64,000 nt of DNA. Source: a virus. Location: positions 64,001 to 128,000 of IMG/VR virus record IMGVR_UViG_3300022752_005671; one strand, written 5' to 3'. The notes beneath the pieces are model-generated. The model ran no database searches and had not been told where the DNA came from. It saw only the letters and a program-made list of their open reading frames with translations. This document shows, one piece after another, positions 19,154 to 28,497 of this stretch. Each line of letters opens with the position of its first letter. The stretch's first letter is position 1. The translations under genes were made by a program, and so were the position numbers.

Positions 19154-21082
19154 ATGGCAATAGTATCATCAATACCTTCTAAAGTTATTTATTCAGTCGA
19201 CGTTCCAGAAGTCGATAAGTTTAAAACAGAATTCATATACAATTACTTTGTTCCAGATGAATCGGTTCAAGATTATAAAGAAAGTAGAGATGGGTTGAAC
19301 ATCTTAGCGGATAAAATGAATTTATCTTATGATGTTTTAAAACAACCAGGTAATTTAGTAGAAGGGTATTTAAATACCAATAATAGAATTTCAGATTTAA
19401 AAAAAATTCCAAGATATGTAAAGCTTACGTGGTCGAATAACTTTAAGTTTTTATCCAATAAGAATGATCTAAATAGTTCTAAAGAAACTTCTACTTTAAA
19501 AAATGCTAAAGGTAAAACATCAACAAAATCTTCGGATAAAACAGCATTGAATAAAGAGGCTATTTTTAATAAAGTTATTAAAGAAGATGAATTTGCAAGC
19601 AGTTATTACACTGCAATTCAATTTAATAATCATAATTTATCGCAACAAATTTCTTCAATATTTAACGATATTGGAACAGACGATGATCTTAGAGACAACT
19701 TTCCAAGAAAAGTTGCCGCTTCAAACCAGGTATTTGATGAATCTAATACCAAGCTTCAAGCTTCGATGGCGGCTGTAGCATATCAAAAAGAAGGGCTTGA
19801 GTTAAAAAAGCGAGTTGAAGATGATTATCTAAAAAAGATAAATTCTACAAAATTTTATTCACAAATTAATAATAATTTTTTATATTCTTTAATTTCAGAA
19901 GCATTATCTAATTCAAGTCCAAATAATTCTTTTCATGATGGCTTTAAAAACTATGCCCAATCAGTTGTAAAGCTAGACACAAATTACAAACTTACAAACG
20001 ATGAATATAAGGCTTCTATACCGTATCATACTACTTATCAAAATGATTTAAGATCTAATCTTGATAATGACGCAACATTTTCAGTCGCGGGGTATGTAAT
20101 AGAAAAGTTTGAATTATTTCCTGATAACAAAATTAATAAATTTGATCCTATAGTAATAGAAGGTGGAGCCAACAGCGGATACATAGATTTTCAAATCAGA
20201 TATGGAGCTATATACGTTTATAGCATAAGAACGATACTTGATGTAACTTATAATGCGATAGACAATAGCAATTTTAAATTTGTTAGAGTTGGATCTTATC
20301 TTTCGTCAAAAGAAACTTCAATAACAGTTCAAACAATTGAACATGTAGCACCTCCGCCTCCTGCTGATTTTAAGATTATTTGGGATTACGATAGATTTAA
20401 TCAAAATACTGTTATATTCGATCATGAAAATAATAGACCATTCCCAGATACTGGAGTAAGAGGGTCATTAATGTTAGCATGGTCTATGCCAGTTAATTCT
20501 CAAATGGACATAAAAAAGTTTCAAGTTTTTAGAAGAAAATCTTTAGATGATCCATTTGAATTGATAAAAATGTATGATTTTGATGATTCTTTTGTTAAGT
20601 TTATTCCTCTTGAAGATAGAGTTTCTAATAATTTAATTTCTACTTCTGAAGATCCATTTTTGTATTTTTATGATGACGATTTTTATAAAAACTCTGAATA
20701 CATTTACGCAATTGCTTCAATTGATGCTCATGGACTAACATCAAATTATTCAGAACAATTTAAAATAACTTTTAATTCTTTTTCTAACAAATTAGAAAAA
20801 ACGTTGGTATCTATTTCTGGAGCTCCAAAATCATACCCAAATCTTTATTTAGAAAAAGATTTATTTGTAGACACTATCAAAACGTCCAACAAGAACATTA
20901 TGAATATCTATTTAAATCCAGATTGTATTAGGATTAATACTCGTGAAAACAGCCATCAAGAAGTTTTACAAATGAAAACTTCAAGTCAAAAAGCAAATAT
21001 TAAGTATTGCATTAATGTTATTAACACGGACGTTCAAAAAAGCCGTCAGCTTAATATAAACGTTTCGAAAAAAGTATTTTAA
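19154..21082 (+). CDS. putative baseplate/structural protein with Fn3-like domains
   Basis: APPPPADFKIIWD and YIYAIASIDAHGLTSNYS are Fn3-like signatures. Confidence 0.55.
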   Translation: MAIVSSIPSKVIYSVDVPEVDKFKTEFIYNYFVPDESVQDYKESRDGLNILADKMNLSYDVLKQPGNLVEGYLNTNNRISDLKKIPRYVKLTWSNNFKFLSNKNDLNSSKETSTLKNAKGKTSTKSSDKTALNKEAIFNKVIKEDEFASSYYTAIQFNNHNLSQQISSIFNDIGTDDDLRDNFPRKVAASNQVFDESNTKLQASMAAVAYQKEGLELKKRVEDDYLKKINSTKFYSQINNNFLYSLISEALSNSSPNNSFHDGFKNYAQSVVKLDTNYKLTNDEYKASIPYHTTYQNDLRSNLDNDATFSVAGYVIEKFELFPDNKINKFDPIVIEGGANSGYIDFQIRYGAIYVYSIRTILDVTYNAIDNSNFKFVRVGSYLSSKETSITVQTIEHVAPPPPADFKIIWDYDRFNQNTVIFDHENNRPFPDTGVRGSLMLAWSMPVNSQMDIKKFQVFRRKSLDDPFELIKMYDFDDSFVKFIPLEDRVSNNLISTSEDPFLYFYDDDFYKNSEYIYAIASIDAHGLTSNYSEQFKITFNSFSNKLEKTLVSISGAPKSYPNLYLEKDLFVDTIKTSNKNIMNIYLNPDCIRINTRENSHQEVLQMKTSSQKANIKYCINVINTDVQKSRQLNINVSKKVF

Positions 21083-21148
21083 ATCTATTATAAAAATAGT
21101 TAGAAAATTTACTTTTGATTATAGTTACTGTAGATTTATTGAGGAAGT

Positions 21149-21880
21149 ATGGGATTTCTTGATCATAGCACAAATAATATAATTTTAGATGCAGTACTAA
21201 CAGATACCGGTCGTCAATTTTTATCAAAAAATGATGGCTCTTTTAGCATTTTTAAGTTTGCTTTAGGAGACGATGAAGTCAATTATAATCTTATTAAAAA
21301 GTATGGTCGAAGTGTAGGAAGGGAAAAAATAGAAAAAAATACTCCTATATTTGAAGGGCTAACAAATCAATCTCAAGCTCAAAAATGTAAATTAATCAGC
21401 GTTTCAAATCCAAATTTAATAAGATTACCAAACCTTACGTTTACTGGTGATTCTTCTGTTAGCTCAGGAGAAGTTACCTTGTATAATATCGGAGGAACAA
21501 GAGGATTAAAGACAAGCGCTACGATGACTCTAGAACAAACTATTTTGAATGAACAGTTTGTTGATGTAGAGCTGAGAGATCAAATATATTCAGTAGATGT
21601 TCCTAATTTATTTTTACGAGTAAACGAAGGTAGAGTAACTCCAAACAACATTGATAATCAACAAAGAGCTTATTACATGTTGACTAGAACGGGATCTTCC
21701 GCAACGTCTGGCGGGTCTACTTTAACATTTAGTATTTCTGTTAAGTCTTTAACTCAAACTTTATATGACGTTTACGGAGTAGGAACTTCAAAAAACGTAA
21801 TTAAAACTTACGTTAGAGTAACAGGAATGCAGTCAGGTACAGTTAAAGATATTGCTGTCAATATCAATCAAACAACATAA
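21149..21880 (+). CDS. putative baseplate/tail structural protein
   Basis: GFLD..IILDAVLTDTGRQFL..FALGDDEVNY; strong RBS; preceded by ATAGTTA. Confidence 0.55.
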   Translation: MGFLDHSTNNIILDAVLTDTGRQFLSKNDGSFSIFKFALGDDEVNYNLIKKYGRSVGREKIEKNTPIFEGLTNQSQAQKCKLISVSNPNLIRLPNLTFTGDSSVSSGEVTLYNIGGTRGLKTSATMTLEQTILNEQFVDVELRDQIYSVDVPNLFLRVNEGRVTPNNIDNQQRAYYMLTRTGSSATSGGSTLTFSISVKSLTQTLYDVYGVGTSKNVIKTYVRVTGMQSGTVKDIAVNINQTT

Positions 21881-21892
21881 GAATAAAATAAA

Positions 21893-23107
21893 ATGGCGAC
21901 ATATAAAAATATAGAACCCTCAGATGTAAAAACTGCTAGATCTTTTTTAAGTCAGCTAATTGACGTTATCCAAGAAGACATCAGCGGATCTTCTTCTAGA
22001 AGAAAATATCAAGTTTTCGTTACTGGAGGAATTGGACCAGGCATTACTTCATCTTTGTTTCAAACGGTATATGATCAAGATTTTACGTTACAAACAGCAA
22101 ATCAAGTTTTTGATTGTACAATAGGGTTATTTCAAAACTCTAATATTGTATCTTCTTCTTTGGCTGGTATAGATGCAGTAGGAAAAGAATTATTCCCATC
22201 TTCTTCTTTAATGATGAGAGAAAAGATGGATAATTATCGACAGTTTTCACAAACTCTTTTAGGAGATTCAAACTCTCAATTTTCAGCTCCATATAATTCT
22301 CAAGATGTTAATGATAAAATTGACGCAGCATTTTTTATTGCATTTAAGAGATTATTTGCAAGAGATCAAATTAAACGTGAATCTTTTGCGATGAGATTTT
22401 ATCAGTCAGCATCTCTTACTAGCGTCGACGGCTTAGGGTATCCAGATAAACAAAACATGTATATTACTTCTGAGTCAGGAGTTTCAATATATGCTGATAT
22501 AGGTTCTTCAAATGAAAGATTCACCACGTTTGGAGGTCAACTAGGAAACATTGTTGATTCAGCAGACACGACTAGAACGGTCGGATTAATGTTCTATGAT
22601 AGAGGAATTGCCGTTTTTGATCTTGAAAAAATTGTTTCAGGATCTCAATTTATATCCGGAACGATTGACGCAATGGCTCCCACTGGATATACAATACTTG
22701 GAAATTATAATACTGAAACTGCAAGAACTTCTAAATTTATTCCTGATTTTATTGTTTCTGCATCAATTGATAACGTAGTTGATCATATTTGTTCTACACG
22801 CTTTAGCTCAGGATCTCAAACTGCAATAACATTCCAAAACACAACGAATATTAATAGTACGTTAATATTCTGTAGAGCTGGTGCGGATGAATTCAACTAT
22901 TCTTCAAATCCAACATTCACAGATTCAAATAATAGAATAGTTGTCATAGATCCTGGAAATGAAGACACACAACAAACATTTACTTTTATTACATCAGTCG
23001 GATTATATGATGCAAATGATAACTTACTAGCTGTAGCTAAGTTAAGTCGTCCTGTTGAAAAGAGTCCTGAAAGGGATTTGACATTTAGAGTTCGATTAGA
23101 TTTTTGA
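21893..23107 (+). CDS. putative tail-collar/baseplate wedge protein
   Basis: C-terminal FITSVGLYDANDNLLAVAKLSRP resembles tail-collar fibre C-termini. Confidence 0.55.
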   Translation: MATYKNIEPSDVKTARSFLSQLIDVIQEDISGSSSRRKYQVFVTGGIGPGITSSLFQTVYDQDFTLQTANQVFDCTIGLFQNSNIVSSSLAGIDAVGKELFPSSSLMMREKMDNYRQFSQTLLGDSNSQFSAPYNSQDVNDKIDAAFFIAFKRLFARDQIKRESFAMRFYQSASLTSVDGLGYPDKQNMYITSESGVSIYADIGSSNERFTTFGGQLGNIVDSADTTRTVGLMFYDRGIAVFDLEKIVSGSQFISGTIDAMAPTGYTILGNYNTETARTSKFIPDFIVSASIDNVVDHICSTRFSSGSQTAITFQNTTNINSTLIFCRAGADEFNYSSNPTFTDSNNRIVVIDPGNEDTQQTFTFITSVGLYDANDNLLAVAKLSRPVEKSPERDLTFRVRLDF

Positions 23108-23185
23108 TTTTTTATTATTGCTTTTTGCCATAATAAAATGTCATGTCATCATATTTTTAATGATGTATAATTACTTGAGAATTAG

Positions 23186-25813
23186 ATGTCCATTTTTAAA
23201 GTTAATCCTACTGATTTTCAAAGTATAACAGTAACTACTAATCCATTTAGACATTATTCATCTAGTTCTAAAGGAACGACTGGTTCTATACTTTTATTTT
23301 CAAAAGAAAATAAAGTTGAAAAAGATGTTGAAGAAAGTAATTTATTATCTTTTAATGAGTCAACTTTTGCTAACAGTTTGGTAAATTTAACAAAAAAAAC
23401 CTTAGGATCTAAGGGGAATATTTATCCTTCATTAGCAGGTTTTTTAGATTCTGTTAATAAATTAAGTCTTACTGAAAAGAATAAAAAAGTTTTAAACATA
23501 GTTAGATTTACTCCGACAACTCATTTTACTTCAGGGACATTAAAAAAACTCTTAATAAAAGACAATCTATCAACCTATTATAGATGTAGATATCCTTCTT
23601 CAAATTGGGGATATTCAAATTATCATAGTTTAAATTTCTTTTCGTCTTCCACTGTCCCTACATCTTCAGTTCTTTTATATCCAAACATAGATGATGGAAG
23701 AATGCCGTCTGGATATGCTCCAGGTAGATATGCCGTCAGCGGCGCATTTAGCTTTGATTTTTATATTAATCCAAGATATAGAACTTTAGATTCTAAAGGG
23801 CATTTTAAAGCTGGAACTATTTTTCATTTATCTTCAAGTTATGCTTTATCATTAGTGACAGGTTCAGAAAAAGATGTTAATGGATTACCTGCAGCATTTC
23901 GTTTGCAACTACAATTAAGTCATAGCGCAGATATTCCCCCATCATTGGCAATTGCAGGATCTTCTCCTAAAAATTTTATATTTTTATCAAACGACAATGC
24001 TTTAAAATGGAATCATTGGCATCATGTAGTCGTTCGTTGGGGAACAAATTTAATTAATAATGGAACTGGGTCTTTTAACATCGATGGAGTTGATAAGGGT
24101 ACTTTCGTTGTACCTTCTTCTTCTATTGCTTTTAAAACCACATCGATTCACATACCTTATGCTTTATGCATTGGAAATTTTTATGAAGGAAGAAATAATA
24201 GTACAGCAGAAAGTCAGTCTCAGTTTTTCAATGCTTCAGCATATTATGAAGGTACCAGCCGTGTAGCAAGGTTAATCACTGAAAATTATGTTAACCCAAC
24301 AAATTTTTCTTTTAATCATCCTCTTCAAGCTGAACTGCATGATCTTTCAATAAAGAGATTTTATGTAAATGATTTTGACATAATTTCTTCAAGCTCTACT
24401 GGAATTACAAATTTTAATAATGTTTGTTTTTATGTTCCTCCGTTTTTTACTATGGATTCTCCTATAAAGGTGGGAACATCTGCAGCAACAGTGAACACTA
24501 CAGTCGGGGTTCCTTATTCTCTTTCTTATGCAGCTCCCGGGATAACTACGACACCATTTAATACGTGGCTGGCATTTGGTGTGAATGGACATTACATTAA
24601 TACTGAAAATTTTCTAAAAGATTTTGCTCCCGTGTTTAATCCTGGAATTTCTACAGTGTTTAATACTCCTTCCGACAAACAAGGTATTTTCCCAAGACAA
24701 TATTCGTTGTCAGCTTCATTAGTTCAAGTAGGATCTAATATTGGAAAAACTGCAAATGAAATTTTGTATAGTCAACCCTCAGTTAGAAAAAGAAATTTAA
24801 CGATACTGCCATGTGATGACGGTAATTTTTATCCAAATTATGATATTTTACTAACTTCATCATTAAGAGTTTTAACATATAGAGATGTTGAAACATTTAA
24901 TCAAAATCCATCTGACATTTTTTATACTGACGATTTACTTAAAAAATCTCCTGGATTTATAAGCTTAAATTTTAATAAGAATAAATTTGATATGATTTTT
25001 AGCGGATCAAGATTTAATTCTACGATTCCTATTGATCAAACAGCTAACAAAATAGTTAAAACAGCAATTTCAAAAGAAGAAGAATGGTCTAATGACAATG
25101 TCGGTTTCTATCCTGAAAAGCCAACAGGGCTAGCAAAATCTCAAATTATAAAAAAATTCCAACAATTTCGTTCTTTAGCAAGAAGCACTTTTAATAAAGT
25201 TACTTCATCAGATAGATTTTTTGTTACGCAAAGTCAATTTCCTCTTTCAATTCCTGTAAGAACTCAAGATATATCGTCAAATCAAGTTACGTTTTTTGAT
25301 ATAAGCAATTTATTTTATGGAATGAATATTGAACCAGGTAGCTTTACTATTACTGATTCTGCCATGACGGGATCAGGAGGTTCAGTAAGTATTACTATAA
25401 AAGATGATGGAAATGGAACTCTTTATAGAGCTGATTCATTGACGCCACATTGTACGTGGAATTCAGTTGGAACGATTTATTATGATGAAGGAATTATTGC
25501 AATTAAAAATCCTCATTTGTATTTCTTCGGTCAAGATCAATATGAATTATCTTTTAGGGGAGAACAAAATTTGCATATTCTGAGAGTAGAGACCGCAGCT
25601 CCAACAAATTATTTAAATTCTTCTTCTAATCCTTCATATGCAAACGTTCCATCAACTTTGCGTTTAAACGAATTTGATAAAGACTTTGTTTACATAACGG
25701 GAATAAATTATCATGATGATAACTTAAATGTCATTATGAAAACTCAACTAGCACAGCCAATAATGAAAAGACCTTCAGAAAAAATGTTGTTCCGCGTTAA
25801 GTTTGATTTTTAA
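23186..25813 (+). CDS. putative tail/baseplate protein with a LamG/concanavalin-like domain
   Basis: FSFDFYINP..WNHWHHVVVRW (LamG-like); C-terminus paralogous to 21893..23107. Confidence 0.55.
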   Translation: MSIFKVNPTDFQSITVTTNPFRHYSSSSKGTTGSILLFSKENKVEKDVEESNLLSFNESTFANSLVNLTKKTLGSKGNIYPSLAGFLDSVNKLSLTEKNKKVLNIVRFTPTTHFTSGTLKKLLIKDNLSTYYRCRYPSSNWGYSNYHSLNFFSSSTVPTSSVLLYPNIDDGRMPSGYAPGRYAVSGAFSFDFYINPRYRTLDSKGHFKAGTIFHLSSSYALSLVTGSEKDVNGLPAAFRLQLQLSHSADIPPSLAIAGSSPKNFIFLSNDNALKWNHWHHVVVRWGTNLINNGTGSFNIDGVDKGTFVVPSSSIAFKTTSIHIPYALCIGNFYEGRNNSTAESQSQFFNASAYYEGTSRVARLITENYVNPTNFSFNHPLQAELHDLSIKRFYVNDFDIISSSSTGITNFNNVCFYVPPFFTMDSPIKVGTSAATVNTTVGVPYSLSYAAPGITTTPFNTWLAFGVNGHYINTENFLKDFAPVFNPGISTVFNTPSDKQGIFPRQYSLSASLVQVGSNIGKTANEILYSQPSVRKRNLTILPCDDGNFYPNYDILLTSSLRVLTYRDVETFNQNPSDIFYTDDLLKKSPGFISLNFNKNKFDMIFSGSRFNSTIPIDQTANKIVKTAISKEEEWSNDNVGFYPEKPTGLAKSQIIKKFQQFRSLARSTFNKVTSSDRFFVTQSQFPLSIPVRTQDISSNQVTFFDISNLFYGMNIEPGSFTITDSAMTGSGGSVSITIKDDGNGTLYRADSLTPHCTWNSVGTIYYDEGIIAIKNPHLYFFGQDQYELSFRGEQNLHILRVETAAPTNYLNSSSNPSYANVPSTLRLNEFDKDFVYITGINYHDDNLNVIMKTQLAQPIMKRPSEKMLFRVKFDF

Positions 25814-25815
25814 AA

Positions 25816-26214
25816 ATGACTAAGAAAAAAAGAAAAAGAAAAAGAAAAAGTCATTATCATACAGGGGTTCATATCTCTCCGATTGCTGGTCAATGTAGAT
25901 ACCGTTCAGGTTGGGAACAAAAATACATGCAGCATTTAGATGCGGATCCCGATGTGGCATCGTGGTCATATGAAAAACTTGTTATTGAATATGTCTCAAA
26001 TAAAAAGACAAAGAAAATTAGAAAGTATTATCCAGATTTTCAAGTTGAGTACAAAGACGGAAAAAAGTTTGTCATAGAAGTAAAACCATCTCGTAAGCTG
26101 TTGCAAGATTCAGTTATGAAAAAAGTAAAAGCTGCAAAAGAATGGTGCACGGAACATGATATGACATATAAAATATTGACTGAAATAGAATTAAAAGACA
26201 TTGGTCTAATTTAA
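25816..26214 (+). CDS. gp4: head completion nuclease (T4 gp4-like, TnsA-N PD-(D/E)xK fold)
   Basis: YRSGWEQKYMQHLD..WSYE..YYPDF..IEVKP. Confidence 0.8.
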   Translation: MTKKKRKRKRKSHYHTGVHISPIAGQCRYRSGWEQKYMQHLDADPDVASWSYEKLVIEYVSNKKTKKIRKYYPDFQVEYKDGKKFVIEVKPSRKLLQDSVMKKVKAAKEWCTEHDMTYKILTEIELKDIGLI

Positions 26215-26258
26215 AATAATTTTACTTCAGGCATCTTAGATTAAGAATTTCATGTTAT

Positions 26259-26891
26259 ATGGCATATCATGGATACATTCCTTTTATCAAACAGCTTTTA
26301 TTAAACATAGAATCCCCAAAGGTTTTAGAAGTTGGAACTGATAAAGGAATGTCGACAATTCCGTTGGTTGTTTTTCTATTGAGATTAAAACAAAACTTTG
26401 AGTTTGTTGGAATCGATGTCTTGGTTCAAGAATCTTTAAAAATAATGTTAAAAAACATTGAAGCGTCTTCAACACAAAAGATCTCTTTGTATCAAGATAG
26501 CAGTTTGAATGTTCTTCCTGCTTTGGCTAATGACTCTAATAAATTTGATGTTATTTTATTAGATGGAGATCACAATTATTATACTGTTTCAAGCGAGCTC
26601 AAACATTTAGATAAATTGCTTTCTGACGATGGAATTGCAATAGTTGATGATTATCATGGTAGATGGGCAGATAAAGATTTATGGTATTCAGAACGTGATG
26701 AATATCAAGATGTTTCAAACGTGACAAAAAAAGTTGAAACAGAAAAGCGCGGAGTGAAGCCAGCAGTTGATGAATTTTTGGAAGAAAATCCTGGTTGGGA
26801 ATCTGGGGTTTTGATGCAAGGTGAACCGATTATCTTAAAACGTAAACGTATTGAAAAATCCATGTTTTCACAGAGTTTATTCGAAAAATGA
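26259..26891 (+). CDS. class I SAM-dependent methyltransferase (Methyltransf_24-like)
   Basis: VLEVGTDKGMST and DVILLDGDHNY..DDY motifs. Confidence 0.8.
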   Translation: MAYHGYIPFIKQLLLNIESPKVLEVGTDKGMSTIPLVVFLLRLKQNFEFVGIDVLVQESLKIMLKNIEASSTQKISLYQDSSLNVLPALANDSNKFDVILLDGDHNYYTVSSELKHLDKLLSDDGIAIVDDYHGRWADKDLWYSERDEYQDVSNVTKKVETEKRGVKPAVDEFLEENPGWESGVLMQGEPIILKRKRIEKSMFSQSLFEK

Positions 26892-27454
26892 AACTAAATC
26901 TAGGGTTAGACGTTTCAACGACAATTACTGGTATATGCATCTTAGATCCTAAGATCATTCCAGATGATAGAGGATCCCACATTTTATATTTAGACAGAGT
27001 CGAATTCAAAAAATGTAAGACCTTGTGGGAAAAAGCAGATCTAATTGCATTCGAAATGCATGAACTATTAAGAAAATTCCCAGGTGAGTATACCGTTGCT
27101 CTTGAAGAGCCGCTGATGGGATTTAGAACAGGAATGTCTTCTGCGGCAACGATTACGACGCTGATGAGATTCAATGGAATCGTTTCATATATTTCGAGAG
27201 AAATATTCAAAGTTGATCCGCAATACATAGCTTCATCATCTGCAAGGAAACTTTGTGGAATTAAGATGCAAAAGACGTCAATCGCTGGGATGAGTGGAAA
27301 AGAGCAAGTCTTCAAGTACATGTCTGAAAATGACTTGAAGCATATAGATTGGCCGAAGAAAAAGAACGGTGAAGCTGTTGACTGGAGTCGAGATGCGACG
27401 GATGCATATGTCATAGCAAGAGCCGCGACTTTGCTTACAGAAAATAAATCTTGA
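26888..27454 (+). CDS. RuvC-like Holliday junction resolvase
   Basis: LGLDVSTTITG, VALEEP and DATDAYVIA acidic catalytic motifs. Confidence 0.8.
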   Translation: MKLNLGLDVSTTITGICILDPKIIPDDRGSHILYLDRVEFKKCKTLWEKADLIAFEMHELLRKFPGEYTVALEEPLMGFRTGMSSAATITTLMRFNGIVSYISREIFKVDPQYIASSSARKLCGIKMQKTSIAGMSGKEQVFKYMSENDLKHIDWPKKKNGEAVDWSRDATDAYVIARAATLLTENKS

Positions 27455-27489
27455 AAAATCTTCCTTAGTTTTATTACTTTTTATTTGTC

Positions 27490-28452
27490 GTGCATTCGCT
27501 TACTGACAAGATAAAGTTTTATGAGTCGATATTTGGTCGTGGAAGAATTTCTGGTAATGGCAAAAATTTTGACGTAAGATGTCCCATTTGCGCTCCATCT
27601 GATCCATCTAAAAAGAAGCTGGCTATCCGGACCGATGATGACGCAAACCATTGTTGGGTTTGCGGATGGAAGGCCAGAAGCCTTGCTCCGCTCTTGAGAA
27701 AATTTGGATCTCAAGAGCATTTAGACGTTTACAAGAAATTGACTGGTGTGACATTAGTCACTGCAGAAGTTCAAAAACAACAGAAAATCGAGCTTCCTAA
27801 AGATTTTCAATTATTAACTCTAGCCAACTATGAAGATCCGGATGTCAAGGCAGCTTGGAGATATGTGTACTCTAGAGGATTGTTAGATCGCGATGCATGG
27901 TACTTTAAGTTTGGAGTATCTGATGAGCCACGTTGGAAAAGACGAGTTATCATGCCATCATTTGATTCTAATGGAGAATTAAATTATTTTGCAGCTCGAG
28001 CCATAGATAAAGACAGAAAGCCAAAATACGATAATCCTGACATCGACAAGAATCCAATAGTTTTTAATGAGATCAATATTGATTGGACTAAGAGATTGAT
28101 CTTATGTGAGGGACCGTTTGATTTGGTGAAATGTCCGGAAAATTCTACTGCATTATTGGGATCAGATTTGGATGAACGCCACGAGATTTTGAATAAGATA
28201 TTGTTGAATAATACTCCAGTTGCTCTTGCACTCGATGGCGACATGTGGAGCAAGAAAACTCCGAAGATAGTCAAGAAGCTTCAGGAATACAATGTTGACG
28301 TTGTTGTCGTCGACGTTAGACCTTGGGGAGATCCTGGAAGCATGTCGAAAGCTGAATTTGAAGAAGCCCTTCAGATTGCGAAACCCTTATACTGGGAAGA
28401 TAGATTTTTAACAAAACTTGATAAGTTTGTATCCTCAAGTTTTAGATTTTAA
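27490..28452 (+). CDS. DNA primase (Zn finger plus TOPRIM, T4 gp61-like)
   Basis: CPIC..HCWVCG Zn finger; LCEGPFD and ALDGD TOPRIM motifs; GTG start. Confidence 0.85.
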   Translation: MHSLTDKIKFYESIFGRGRISGNGKNFDVRCPICAPSDPSKKKLAIRTDDDANHCWVCGWKARSLAPLLRKFGSQEHLDVYKKLTGVTLVTAEVQKQQKIELPKDFQLLTLANYEDPDVKAAWRYVYSRGLLDRDAWYFKFGVSDEPRWKRRVIMPSFDSNGELNYFAARAIDKDRKPKYDNPDIDKNPIVFNEINIDWTKRLILCEGPFDLVKCPENSTALLGSDLDERHEILNKILLNNTPVALALDGDMWSKKTPKIVKKLQEYNVDVVVVDVRPWGDPGSMSKAEFEEALQIAKPLYWEDRFLTKLDKFVSSSFRF

Positions 28453-28497
28453 ACGCTTATTGAACACTAGTTTCAAGTAGTATACTGTAAATTACTA

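Noticed and set aside
25816-26214. TnsA-like endonuclease suggesting a Tn7-type transposon
   Set aside because: There is no TnsB/TnsC and no terminal repeats; the motif and context match the T4 gp4 head-completion nuclease.
26888-27454. RuvC-fold protein as a possible TnpB/Cas12 relative
   Set aside because: It is only 188 aa, with no Zn ribbon, CRISPR array or IS ends; it fits a plain Holliday junction resolvase.
28460-28486. Sigma-70-like promoter TTGAAC...TATACT before the SbcCD fusion
   Set aside because: The spacer is only 15 bp and such hexamers are frequent in AT-rich DNA, so it cannot be supported without TSS data.
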